A stretch of DNA of 64,000 nucleotides from Octopus vulgaris (GCA_951406725.2 OX597816.1:109120001-109184000), one strand, 5' to 3'. Positions 27,586-41,114 are shown, counted from the first letter of the stretch. The notes: generated from the sequence alone by a model not told the origin. Translations and numbers: made by a program.

Positions 27586-28320
27586 TGAAAGAGAGAGAGA
27601 GAGAGATGAAGGAATTTTAGGAAAAGAGAGATGGTAAGAGAGTGGGTCCCGGATGGTATTTGGGAATGAGAGAAGACACTGAAAACAAAATGGAGGGGAA
27701 AGGATTGAAAGAAAGAATGGAAGTAAAGAAGGTAAGAAGGAAGTGAAGAATGAAGAAAGGAAAAAGAAAACCAAGTAGAAAGTGAGGGGAAAAAGAGTGA
27801 AATCTGGAATGAACAAAGAATGAAAGTGAACGAAATAGAAACGAAAGGAAAAAGGAATGAATGAAGGAAAGAAGGAAAAGACAGTGAAATAAAGTTAATT
27901 AGAGAAAAAGAAAGAAAATGATGGGGAGAGAACATAGGAAGGATCGAACGGAGAGCAAAAGGAAGCGAAATGGAAAGAAAGAAGAAAAGAAAGCAAAACC
28001 GAAAAAATAAAAGGAATGAAAGAAAAGTAGAGAGGAATGAAGGTGAGAATGATCGAAGAAAGAGTGAAAGAAAGTAAAATAAAAAGAAACAAGGGAAGGA
28101 AAAGAGGAATGAACGTGAGAAGGAAAGAGAAAGGAGGAATGAACGAAGACAGAAAGAGAACAAATTAAGAAGAAAGTAGATAAAGCAAAATGCAAAAAAT
28201 GAAAAGAAAGACAATAAGATAAAAAAATATGAAGGAAAATGAGAGAAGGAAGAGACGAAAGAAGGAACGAACGAGCAAAAATGAAGGAAAGCAAAACAAA
28301 AAGTAAGATGGAAGGAAGAA
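26690..28320. repeat. Low-complexity block: (GAG)/(CTG)/(GAT)/(GTT) triplets, (CTTT)n/(CT)n and a ~770-bp polypurine tract
   Basis: Direct sequence. Confidence 0.95.
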
Positions 28321-29299
28321 ACCTCGGTTGTTGTTTGTCTTTTTCCCGAAAACAGAATGCACCTCACCCCAATTATTTTTGTTAACTATTTTTGTTGTTG
28401 TTTAGTTTAAATTGGACGTTCTTTAGTCTGCAGTCATCGACCGTTCCGCTTGATCTCATTCAATAGTGAACATTAAAAGCAATTTAATGAGTCAATAAAC
28501 CGCTATTAGATTTTTTGTCTTTGTTATGTTTTGTGTGTATTCTTGTTATATTTTGGGACATTTTTGTCTTTGTTTTGTTATTTTTGGTTCTCTTTTCATC
28601 CATCAACGATTTTCTTTTATCTTTACACTACTTAGTTTTTGGGGTTTGGTTTAGTTTCACTGGTTCGATTTTTCTCTTCTCTCTCTTTTTTTTTTATTTG
28701 TGCGTGGATGTGTGTTTAGTTGTTTATGTACTTCTTGTTTTTTTGTTGTTGTTAGTTTATTTATTAGTTTGCGTTATTTTCTAACAAGAAACTAAAGAAA
28801 AAAAATATGGGAAGTAGCACAACTTTAAAATATACAGAATTAACACTTTGTTGACAAGTTTTGCATCAATAACTTTTATTGCATTATTTGATTTCATGAC
28901 GTGGTTTCAATCCTTGATGTGCCAAACGTTTCGGCTTGATTAAATATATATAAAAAAAAACAGAAATATCTAAAACAGTGTTTGAATTTCACGATATCGC
29001 ATGTGGCCTCTAGTAAATCGGAGAAAACAGCGCATCCATTTTTTTTTTACTCTTTTATAACTGCCAAACTTTGGTGTAGCCTTCAAGGGTTTCGATCGAT
29101 TATATCAACGACAAAGCTTATTTTATCATCTTCGGTGAACGAAAGGTAAAGTTGATTTGGACAAAAACGACCTAACCAGAACACAAAAAAACTTAACAAA
29201 ATAGCACTAGGAGTTTTATTTGAGGTTCTATTATTGAGATCTGTCAAAGACAGCAAAAATAATTTATTCATTTCACTTGAGCTTTACATTTGAATCAAA

Positions 29300-32200
29300 T
29301 AATTTCTGGAATGCAATCTCCTGCCCAAATCAAACCACTTCACACTTAAGTAACTTTGACAAACAGGATTTTTGTGATGCTAGAAAAACGACCGCAACTG
29401 ATAATAATTGTTATTCAAACAGTTTTACTGGTTGTCAAGTTCCTGAGGACATCCAAATGCAGCCAAAATCTGCCGTAGAAAAGAATGACAAACGCGTAAA
29501 CAAGCTTCCAACTTCATCACCACCATAAAACCATAACTGGATGATTATATCTCTCTGTATAAGACCATACCTGTAGAGATGATTGTGGAACAAACATACA
29601 ACTTAAAAACAATTTGCCATCGAAGTCTGAGAGGATGTTTTTTCAAATTTCTCCAAACTAATTTTAGATAACAAAGTTTTTGACGAGAGTTAAAAAAAAA
29701 CTAGTCTCATGTTAAAAGTTATCTACTATATCGATAAAGACAATATGTAAACATGTGATAATACGCTTTGGACTATTAAAGTTTCTCTCTATACAGCTGT
29801 TGCGTCTCTAAAACAACACCTAGAACGTTGTCTGCTATACATAGATAATGAAATTAAACAACACAAGCTACTTAAGTCGGATAAACACCAAGAACAGTAT
29901 CATAGAAACACGAATTATTATCAACAAGTTAGCCGTAGACTTAGAAGCAATGTATTGGTGAATAAAAAGAAAGGACACCTTTGTGAAAATATCCCTCTTG
30001 TAAAGATCTTCGATCATTTTGGTATAAGACCTGGAATGAAAGGAAGGATTTTAGCAATAATGTAGCTTGGTTGAATTCTATTAGAAGAGAAAACTGCACC
30101 AAAATTAACAGTAAAAACATACACTATCGGTTCCTAAACTTTAAGTAAAGCTGTAGAAAAACTACAAAACAAAAAATACAAAGACGGCACTTAATAGATT
30201 GATACTGCCAGACGAAGTTGCCTTCTACAGAAAATCACTCAAGAGTAAATTTAAAAGAATTGCGGAAGACCAAATTGTTATACCAAATATTGTAGCCAAG
30301 AATGAATATATTGACTTGGCAGAAAGCTTTCGGCGTATTACTTACTTATACATAAATTTTAAACAAGCTAATTAAATCAATTCTTTGAAGAACATTACGA
30401 ATCTAACAAGGCAGTGACTAATAACAAACAAGGAGAAAGAAGAGAAAGAGGAGATGTACTGAACAACTTTTAATTAATAAACCTTGGGTGTCTGAAGTAT
30501 ATAAAGACTGCAGAAAAAACAGTGACAGTATGGTGTAATCACTAAAAGCTACTTGGCATTATTCTTATTGTTCATTGCTGGAATCATTGTATTTTGGGAA
30601 AGCTCTTTACAACCTTTATTGCTGTCATTGCAAAGTTACAATGACTTTTTCAACTATTCTCATTCTTGTAACCGAAATCTCAATGATTTCTTTCTGATAT
30701 ATCTCAGTTGGTAAGTTCGTATGAGACAGTCTGTTGGCGAGTCTGTTTATTTTGCCATTAAATCTATTGTCATTCTTTTACAAAAGTCCAGTGGTCTACA
30801 ACAGCATCAACATATAATTCTTTTGTTGGTTTTGAATTATACACTGGAAATATCTACAAAGTTAAGAAAGAACTGGATTTGATATTTTTGGCTCATATGA
30901 AGAGAAGGAATTTGGCCATCTATAATACATTAAAAAGTTCAATCTTTTTTGCTTGCAGGCAGATAAACTGGCGTATGATGGTAAAATACTTTGGAAGTAA
31001 ATTGCCCCTGAAATGTGAATGTAAACGGAATAAAACAAGCTTCGCGTAAATCGGTCCAGTGGTTATTGAGATATTCGGAGTTTTAGGGTATAAATACCCA
31101 AAATGGTGCACAAAGGGAAAATACTCCGATGATAACTTAACCCTGAAAGTGAAGAAACGCTAACCTTTCCATTAAACACATTATGATGGACAGAATGTTT
31201 TAAAGTGAAAATGACTTTAAAAATACAGTAAATATTTCGTAAAAGACCCATTCGTAACCTCAATGTGAAATAGTTTTTTCCATATGTTTTTTCGAGTGCA
31301 TTCAACGTACCTAAGCTCCAAAGATTTGGCTGCTATTTCTAGCACGGCCTGCTACCACGTAACAGCTATTTACAATAAAGAACCCCAAATACCTGTTACA
31401 TGGTAGCAGGGCATGCAAGAAATGGCAAACAAATCTTTCCTTTTCTGGGGAAAGGAGCCTTTTACGCGTGATTTCGATGACATTCGTTGAACGCATGCAA
31501 AGTAACATGGAAAACCCCCCACAAAACAAAATTCCATTGCTGGGAAACTCAGACTTCCCCGGTGACCCAGCGGCGCACGGGTAGTCTAGTAGATAATATT
31601 CCTAGCTGATAATTGAACGTAGAAATAATTGTTTTCAAGCCACCCCTTTTATTAATGACCTCTTTGTATCTCTTTTATTCTATACATTGAGTGCTTCAAA
31701 TGAAAAGGTAATGCGATCAAAAGCAACCAAGAAATATAACCCAGAAATATTGTATAGTAGAAAATGCAACCTCTTTTGGATTTGTGACCGTGTATATAAC
31801 TATATTGGAAATTTGAGTGTAGACCAAATTAGGCCAATACCTAACCACAAACAACTGTAAAAACAAAATAATGAAAATAAGCTCTAACCCCAAATGCAGA
31901 ATGTGTAACCAGCACAATAAGACAGTTTACGGCAACATCTCTGGCTGTCCAGTCCTTGTCAAATCTGAACACATATACAGACATGACCGAGTAAGTTATA
32001 TCTACTGGGCAATATACCAAAGCTACAATATAAAAACTCACAAGAAATAGTATAAACATACCCAAGGTACATGACAACGATCAGGCCATAATCATTTGGG
32101 ATATGCTTGTTCAAACTGACAAAGAAATAAAAGCTTATCGCTCAGGCATAATAATTAAAGATTGGAAAAAAATAACACCAGCTTACTGATAGACATTGCA

Positions 32201-32440
32201 GCTGCTTCTGACCAAAATATTGCCCCCAAAGAAGTGGAGAAGTTGTCAAAGTACAAGGATCTCTAAATTAAAGTATTCAACATGTGGGATATGAAGGTGA
32301 AAGCAATACCAGTAATAACTGGAGCAATGAGACTGATAAAAAACATGAACCACAATGTAGAAGCTATACCTGGACCCTTACACTATAAAAAAAAGCCCTG
32401 CTAGGAACAGCCCACATCCTACGAAGAGATTACCAGTTCA
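29300..32440 (+). mobile_element. Degraded R4/Dong-like non-LTR retrotransposon (RT plus restriction-like endonuclease), interrupted by a Helitron-like insertion
   Basis: PKCRMCNQHNKTVYGNISGCPVL..YRHDRV (~31890-31995), IIWDMLVQTDKEIKA..LLIDIA..KEVEKLSKYKDL (32090-32265), LLGTAHILR (~32400). RT motif EFG.D is split at 30918/31590. 5' boundary approximate. Confidence 0.8.
30919..31589 (+). mobile_element. Non-autonomous Helitron-like element
   Basis: Starts TC after host A (30918), ends CTAG before host T (31590), with 3' hairpin ACCCAGCGGCGCACGGGT just upstream. No TSD. The host LINE motif resumes across it. Confidence 0.7.
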
Positions 32441-32827
32441 ATAATACAATCCAAATAAAGCAATCCGCAAACACAAAACCCAATCTATATAGCAAATATC
32501 CAATAAAATAAACAACTACCAACAGTCCAGGTATCCAACAGAAGAACATAACTCGCATTACATGCACAACACGCAATGCAGCAATCAGACTCCCTAACAA
32601 AACTAACTGACGTAATGCAATACAGGGAAGAGTTTGCACTCCCCCAACAACCACAAGAAAAAGAACATACAATGCTTCGTACACATTAGTAACACGGAGG
32701 TGTAACAGGTGATGCATTAGAAATTTGCCTGAAACTACCAAAACTTGAATAATAATAATGTTCGCGAGAACAGGTGTGTAGTTAAGAAATCGGTTCGCAA
32801 TGACATTGACAGATTTCTTCTTTCTCT

Positions 32828-32927
32828 CTACATACATACATACATACAAAAATACATACATACATACATACATACATACATACATAATACATACATACAT
32901 ACATACATACATACATGCATGCATACA

Positions 32928-32989
<62 letters not shown>

Positions 32990-33783
32990 TACACATGCAA
33001 ATATCTATACACATACACATGTGTGTGCGTGCTTGTGTGAATGCCTACGTGCGTTTATGTGTATGCGCGTGCGTGTGTCTGTGTTTGTGTGCGTGTGCGC
33101 GCATATATCTACTTATACATATCCGGCAAAGTATTGCACAGTTTCCGTTTAGTACATTTCGCAGAAAATTAACGCTTAGAGACAAATGTCTTATACGAAG
33201 ATGGCGGGAAATTTATCTCATATTTCCTTAAAAGAGCTTAAGCACCAGCTCTTAGGATCCTGTATGGATTCGTAGAATACATTAATCTAACACTCTAAAA
33301 GATTCTATATTATTTACTTTGTAAGAAAATTCATATCATAGAAAACAAATTTGGCTAGCAATAGTGTGATTCGAGCCTAAAACCAAACATTGGATGAATA
33401 TTAATCTGCAAGAAAGGTTCTCCTATTATATTAAATCTCATGATATTTCGTCCAGATATTTCGTCCTTGGTAATATCTGCTTAACGTGGTATATTCTTTA
33501 ATTATTATTTTGTATTTGCTTGAAAGCGAATAGCGATAGAATTGATTAAGAACAACTCTCACAGCAAGAGACCAATATATATTCATCAATCGCCTATAGA
33601 GCTCAGTATCTATTCATAAAATATATATGTATATATTCATCATGCATCATAAATGAATATGTATATATGATTGTATGTATGCATACACACACATGTATGT
33701 ATGCTGGTATACACCTACACTTATGAACACACGTACACTATTACAATTCATATGTATGTATACATATATGTATATATGTAGGA

Positions 33784-33839
<56 letters not shown>

Positions 33840-33962
33840 GTATGAGTGTGTGTGTGCCTAGGCATAAATATATGTATGTATACAAATATATTAATTAGGA
33901 AGAAGGTCGTGAAAGGCAGTTTGTATGTGTATAAGTGTATATGTATGCGAATATGTGTGTAA

Positions 33963-34031
<69 letters not shown>

Positions 34032-34135
34032 CAAATATATATGTATATATATATATATGTTTATATATATATATATGTTTATATATATATATATGTGTGA
34101 TTACTTAAAGGTTCGTATGTGTGTGTCTATATATT
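32828..34135. repeat. (CATA)n/(TA)n/(TG)n microsatellite clusters (32828-33105, 33620-34135)
   Basis: Direct sequence. Confidence 0.9.
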
Positions 34136-35711
34136 AACATACCAACACTTATTTCTTGATTTATTTATGAAATATGTTTGGTGAGGGGGAAATATTATGA
34201 GAGTTACAGTACTTGAAACAAAAATGACAACGTTTTCTTCTCTATTGAATATTTGTCAGCCATTTTAATACATTTTCTTTTTCTAACATTATTAATATTC
34301 AAACAGTTTTAGCTCTGTTGTTTTTTTTTAATCTATATAGTGCAGAGAAAGAAAGGAGTGAATGAGAGCATGAGTATAAGATCGAAAGATTGAAGAGAGT
34401 GTGTTAGTGAGAGAATTTGTGTTCGTCTATGTGCGTGCTTGTTATTTCCATTTCTATAATAATTTTTCGCGGCCATCTTTAGCAAGTTTCTCCGCAATGA
34501 AAACAGGGAAATTTTCATACATAAATGTTTGAATACTGGAAAATGTATATTTGTATAAGGAATGTATCACTAAATATAAACGTTCTTAACTATAAATATT
34601 CAGGTCCAAACAAATTAGCTTGTTTTTTTTCTCTTGCGCATTGTTTCTTTTTGTTTTTCTCTCATTTTAATAATCTGAAAAACAAACAAAAGACAAAAAA
34701 CAAAGAACAAACAAACAAAGAAGGAAATCAAAACAAAAACGAAATAAAACAGGGCAAAAGCAATCCTTCTGATTAGACATGCAAATAAATGTACTTATTA
34801 TCTTAGACACGCTTTCTGTGTATGGTTCTATTATTATTTAAACATTACTTGATGAACAGACAAAGAAGGAAATAAGTACGGAAATATTGGCAGCGAAACA
34901 AACTGACTCCTATCATTATTTTTATTTGTTGCTTTTATTGCTGTAGGCAGACGTTCTTTTCTTTCTATCGAGTTCTGCGATTATCAACAATAAACTGTGT
35001 CTATCTATAGTGGACATAAAGCAAATAGTTTTTTTTTCTAATGCATTATACAATAGTGTGCAGTGTAATTTTAAGGAAAGAAGATAAGAATGTTTTATTT
35101 TATTGTTTTTAATACCTAACTCAGAATGTTGACGAATAAGTTACAACTATGATGGAAGTGGAAGTTATCTTGGAACACACGACAACAACTGGGAACAAAA
35201 TTAACAATAGTTGCAGTAGGGCTTAAATGGAAACGGTACTAACAATAGAAGCAGTGAAAAAGCATGCAAATGTCATTTTAAGTACATGAGGAGCAGATTG
35301 TATTATAAGAGCAGTCCTCTGTGACACGGATACTAGGAAAACAGCAGTAAAATTATTAAACATCTGCATGACTAGAAATAATTTAAAGAAGGCAAAAAAA
35401 AGAAAAAAAACCTGATGATTTTACCCCATGTTGTTGTTTATTTTGCCTTATGCTACCCTAATAGAGCAGATTTATGATCTGTGTTGCTCCAACTGAGAAT
35501 AGACCATCTTTTTTGTAGAAACAGTAAATTAAGATTACTTCACCTCATATAACGAACCCTGTTTAAGAAGTTGGATGTTATTTAGGGAAAGAGTTAGTTG
35601 CTATTACTAGCAAGTGAAGAAATCACATTAAGGCTGTCTTATTAGTTCGAATGCTAGCATATGCTAAAAGGAAGGACAAAAAAATTTCCGTAGGAGGTGA
35701 TTATCCCAGAT

Positions 35712-35932
35712 TCTTTTATTCTTTTACTTGTTTCAGTCATATGACTGCAGCCATGCCGGAGAACCGCCTTAGAGGGTTTTTTAGTTGAAGAAATCAACCC
35801 CCGGACTTGTTATTTATAAGCTTAGTATTTATTCTATCGGTCTCTTTTGCCGAGAAGCTAAGTTGCAGGGACGTAAAACACTCCAACATCGGTTGCCAAG
35901 CGATGGTGGGGGACAAACACTGACACAAAGAC

Positions 35933-35973
<41 letters not shown>

Positions 35974-36108
35974 CGACGAGTTTCTTTCAGTCTCCGTCTA
36001 CTAGATCCACTCACAAAGCCTTGGTAGAAGACCTATGCCCAAGGTGTCACGCAGTGGGACGGAACTCGGAACTATGTAGTTGGGAAATAAGCTTACCACA
36101 CAATCACT
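35712..36108 (-). mobile_element. Full-length tRNA-headed SINE with internal (TG)n
   Basis: Minus strand head GTGTGGTAAG...GAGTTCCGTCCCACTGCGTGACACCTTGGGC and tail ...CTCCGGCATGGCTGCAGTC...CTGAAACAAGTAAAAGAATAAAAGAA. Homologous to 63750-64000 and 5685-5880. Confidence 0.85.
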
Positions 36109-36370
36109 TCATTTTAAAAATCTGCTCCTCTAAAACAGTAGTTTCATCCAAATAAAGTTTGTTTTTAATAAGCTTCTTTCAAACAAAAATATTCAAAATA
36201 TGGAAAATATACCTCATTCTATTGCGTTTTGTTCTTTTGAAGCTAATATCAGTATTACAGTAATGTTGTAGAGAACAGTACACTGGTTTAATATATTGAT
36301 ATATTGTATTTTGAAGAGATATTTCTTTAATGAATATATTATATAAAATATCGTATAATATCAAATATTG

Positions 36371-36762
36371 ATATCGAGTTTGAAAACAGAGATCTAATGG
36401 AGACAAATTAATTAATTAATTATATTCACTTACAAATGTTTAATTTCTCATCCAAAATTAAAACTACAAAACATACGTAAATATATAATTTTGCATTTTA
36501 AAATGCCTTGGATGGAAAATCACCAGGGTACACAAAGGAAATACAAGGATTACATTATTATATTACATACAGATAATTATGTAATCCTTGTGCATCCTGA
36601 TGATTTTCCATCCAAGGTATTTTAAGATACCAAAATTATATATTTATGTATGTTTTGTAGTTTTAATTTTGGTTAAGAAATAAAACAATTTTAGGTGAAT
36701 ATGTTAATTAATTAATAAATTAATTTGTATCCATGAGATCTCTCTGTTTTCAAACTCAATAT
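36371..36762. mobile_element. AT-rich foldback MITE (~390-bp imperfect palindrome)
   Basis: Ends GAGTTTGAAAACAGAG / CTCTGTTTTCAAACTC. Arms pair inward to CAAGGATTACAT / ATGTAATCCTTG. Confidence 0.85.
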
Positions 36763-36772
36763 ATATACCTAG

Positions 36773-36917
36773 TAATTTACATTATTTATATTTGACGGAT
36801 ATTTGTCGTCATCTTGTTTGTTGTTAACACAAAGTTTCGGCTGATATACCCTCCAGCCTTCATCAGGTGTCTTGGGGAAATTTTGAACCTGGGTTCTCAT
36901 TCCTAAGGTATTTTTCG

Positions 36918-37010
<93 letters not shown>

Positions 37011-37085
37011 GTATTCAGGTCACTGTCTGGAATCGAACTCGGAAACTTGGGGTTAGTAGCCCGCGCTCTTAACCACTACGCCAAA
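36773..37085 (-). mobile_element. tRNA(Ser-like)-headed SINE with internal (AAT)n(AAC)n and Penelope-like tail
   Basis: Minus strand: A box TGGCGTAGTGG, anticodon-loop-like CTACTAA, B box GTTCGATTCC (37014-37083), then the triplet tract, then a tail containing CTGATGA...GAAAC. Confidence 0.8.
36826..36871 (-). ncRNA. Minimal type I hammerhead ribozyme-like motif (Penelope type)
   Basis: Minus strand GACAC-CTGATGA-A-GGCTG-GAGGGTATAT-CAGCC-GAAA-CTTT-GTGTT: stem I GACAC/GTGTT, stem II GGCTG/CAGCC, both core boxes present. Helix III is minimal and not palindromic in this copy. Confidence 0.6.
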
Positions 37086-37369
37086 TGAAGGTGTCGTTAT
37101 CTATTTGGTGGGATATAAAAGGTTTAGTCTACTTTGAACTTTTAAACTCAAACCAAACGATAACAAAAATCTACTGCAAGTAGCTTGAGCGGCTTAAGTC
37201 AGCGCTAGAAGAAAAACGAACGTCATTGGTTCCAAGACGAAAGGCATTCTTCCATCAGGATAATGCTCAGCCACATACAGTGAGGATGATATTCCAAAGG
37301 CTAGAACTGTTTGAAAGGGAAACGATGCCCTACTCACGATATTCGCCCATTTGATTATCATTTTTTCCG

Positions 37370-37574
37370 CAATCTTCAAAATCATTTGGACGGAAAAATA
37401 TGAATTTTGTAGGCGAGGTCAGAACAGTACTGGAGGAGTGAATTTTGGAAGAGGATCTTTGCAAGTCTACCAGACAGATGGAAAAGATTTGTAGAAAATG
37501 AAGGAGAGCATATTTTAGAGTAAAAAAGAACAATAAAAGTATAAAAAACGCATTATTTATGGGATGACCCAATA
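37370..37574. mobile_element. Mariner-like terminal fragment
   Basis: End CGCATTATTTATGGGATGACCCAA followed by TA and (TA)n, resembling a mariner TIR. Confidence 0.45.
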
Positions 37575-37644
37575 TATATATATATATATGTGTATATATT
37601 GTACGCACACATACACACACATTTACATTTATACATAGTGGTTA

Positions 37645-37950
37645 AAAATCAGTTGCTCGGCAGATGTTAACATAATGTTAAAGAGTGGTGAAAAAGAAAA
37701 CATCTACGCCGAACTAATGAGGAACTTGCAGCTACTCTATCCGGACAGTAGCTTTAGATTTCAACGAATGATTATTCGTGCACGTGGTTACGTGACTAAC
37801 TACCACATTACCAATCTTCAGATGTTGGGTTTCGGAAAACTAGAAAGAGGATTCTTAATCGGGAGATTACAAGCACAAGACAACAAATGTACTATCAAAA
37901 TATGTAAAGCATTACTACAGGAATATGTAAAACATTCAAGTTAAGTTTAA
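37645..37950 (+). mobile_element. 3' fragment of an REL-type (NeSL/HERO/R2-like) non-LTR element
   Basis: DVNIMLKSGEKENIYAELMRNLQLLYPDSSFRFQRMIIRARGYV..TIKICK resembles the K..EK...Y..L and PIIIGA.G C-terminus of REL domains. Confidence 0.65.
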
Positions 37951-38209
37951 AATGCAATAAGATCCACAAATGCAAATGACATACTACACGCATGCGTGCA
38001 CGTACACACACACACACATACGCACGTACACACAAATACGCACTCACACACACATATATAAGCACGCAGTCAAATGGTTAGGTGTTAGACTCCTGATCAT
38101 TAGTTCGTTGAGTCGATTCCTCATCAGGATTGCAAGGCCCATAATTTCATGTTGTAGTCTATTCATTGGAAAAGTAATACCAATTGAATGAAGTTCAGCC
38201 TTAACGCCT

Positions 38210-38578
<369 letters not shown>

Positions 38579-39292
38579 CTGTGGGCTTATGTCGAACGAC
38601 TGCTGTCACGTGTGGGACGAGTCGGTTTATCAGCCGAGTCTATCGTTAATATCGTCACGCCTCCTTCCTTCAAACGGGAAGGAAGAGCTATTTTTATCAT
38701 ACTTGTGGCTATGGCGAAAGAATGTATCTGGTGGACGCGCCTGAAAGGATTAGAGACAAACACTTTCCTCTCTGGTCAATCTCTCATCAACTTCTTCAAG
38801 TATCACTTGAAGAAAAAAGTGAGAGTAGAGAGGCAAGTTTTGTCTAGTGAATGTTTTAAAAAAAGATGGGTGAATGTAGCAAGGATGGCACGTATGAATG
38901 ACGAAGCCACCTTGACTATGATTCTATGAACCGTAAAAATTAATACAGAGAGTTGCTTATTTGCAAAAAAAAAAAAAAAAGAAATATAACATGTGACTTC
39001 ATTGACCGAGGTTACCGTGGTTTTTTCCGTAGACTTTTCTTTTCACGGGTAAACCTCACCTGTCCTCCCCTTTACACTTCATATTGACATTTCTGTGATA
39101 ACGATCCCTATTATTCATTTTTTTTGCCCCCCCCCTTTTTTTAACCACTCCCTTTTTTTGTCCTCTTTCTTTCCTTTTACGATCCATTTTGATCGAAAAC
39201 CACCACTCCCTTTTTTTTTACCCCCAAAAGAAAAGCTCTACCTTGTAATTTGTTCTATCTGTGTGCAGCCCTGTGTGGCTAATAAAGAAACA
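38579..39292 (+). mobile_element. Tx1/L1-clade LINE 3' fragment, copy 1 (ORF2 C-terminus plus 3' UTR)
   Basis: Open frame LWAYVERLL...[13 protein letters not shown]...FKKRWVNVA...MIL* (to 38929) resembles Tx1 ORF2 C-termini (W..V, AK..IW..R, F...W). Pyrimidine-rich 3' UTR, AATAAA at 39281, then (TCTA)n. Confidence 0.75.
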
Positions 39293-39365
<73 letters not shown>

Positions 39366-39366
<1 letters not shown>

Positions 39367-39919
39367 GACAAACACTTTCCTCTCTGGTCAATCTCTCATC
39401 AACTTCTTCAAGTACCACTTGAAAAGGAAAGTGAGAGTAGAGAGGCAAGTTTTGTCTAGCGAATGTTTTAAAAAAAGATGGGTGAATGTAGCAAGAATGG
39501 CACGTATGAATGACGAAGCCACCTTGAGCATAGTCCTATGAACCCAGAAATCGAAAACAGAGAGTTGCTTATTTGCAAAAAAAAAAAAAAAAAGAAATAT
39601 AAAATGTGACATCATTGACCGAGGTTACCGTGGTCTTTTCCGTAGGCTTTTCTTTGCACGGGTAAACCTCACCTGTCCTCCCCTTTACACTTCATATTGA
39701 CATTTCTGTGATAACGATCCCTATTGATCAATTTTTTTCCTCCCCCCTTTTTTTTAAACCCCCTTTTTTTTTGTCCTCTTTCTCTCCTTTTACGATCCCT
39801 TTTTATCGAAACTCCCCCTTCCTTTTTTTTTTTTTTTTTTTCTTAAACCTTCAAAAGAAAAGCTCTACCTTGTAATTTGTTCTATCTGTGTGCAGCCCTG
39901 TGTGGCTAATAAAGAAACA
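39366..39919 (+). mobile_element. Tx1-like LINE 3' fragment, copy 2 (more truncated, diverged)
   Basis: Homologous to 38754-39292 with many substitutions. Identical 3' end GGCTAATAAAGAAACAT-ATCT. Confidence 0.75.
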
Positions 39920-39984
39920 TATCTTTCTACCTGCCTGCATACCTGCCGACCTGTCTGTCTGCCTGTCTCTTTGCTTGCCTGCCC

Positions 39985-40064
<80 letters not shown>

Positions 40065-40120
40065 ACCTGCCTGCATACCTGCCTACCTGTCTGTCTGCCT
40101 GTCTCTTTGCTTGCCTGCCC

Positions 40121-40323
<203 letters not shown>

Positions 40324-41033
40324 CTGTGGGCTTATGTCGAACGACTGCTGTCACGTGTGGGACGAGTCGGTTTATCAGCCGAGTCTATCGTTAATATCGT
40401 CACGCCTCCTTCCTTCAAACGGGAAGGAAGAGCTATTTTTATCATACTTGTGGCTATGGCGAAAGAATGTATCTGGTGGACGCGCCTGAAAGGATTAGAG
40501 ACAAACACTTTCCTCTCTGGTCAATCTCTCATCAACTTCTTCAAGTATCACTTGAAGAAAAATTGAGAGTAGAGAGGCAAGTTTTGTCTAGTGAATGTTT
40601 TAAAAAAAGATGGGTGAATGTAGCAAGGATGGCACGTATGAATGACGAAGCCACCTTGACTATGATTCTATGAACCGTAAAAATTAATACAGAGAGTTGC
40701 TTATTTGCAAAAAAAAAAAAGAAATATAACATGTGACTTCATTGACCGAGGTTACCGTGGTTTTTTCCGTAGGCTTTTCTTTTCACGGGTAAACCTCACC
40801 TATCCTCCCCTTTACACTTCATATTGACATTTCTGTGATAACGATCCCTATTATTCATTTTTTTTGCCCCCCCCTTTTTTTTAACCACTCCCTTTTTTTG
40901 TCCTCTTTCTTTCCTTTTACGATCCATTTTGATCGAAAACCACCACTCCCTTTTATTTATACCCCCAAAAGAAAAGCTCTACCTTGTAATTTGTTCTATC
41001 TGTGTGCAGCCCTGTGTGGCTAATAAAGAAACA
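40324..41033 (+). mobile_element. Tx1-like LINE 3' fragment, copy 3
   Basis: Near-identical to copy 1 with the same 5' junction TATC|CTGTGGGC. One frameshift near 40562. Confidence 0.75.

Positions 41034-41114
<81 letters not shown>

Noticed and set aside
29565-29585. Minus-strand TCATCTCTACAGGTAT resembles the 3' part of miR-993 (miR-10 family)
   Set aside because: The seed does not match, no hairpin partner is visible, and it lies in a presumed LINE remnant.
37014-37085. Possible tRNA-Ser gene (similar heads at 51360 and 63750)
   Set aside because: No acceptor stem or long Ser variable arm, and it runs into a SINE body; treated as a SINE head.
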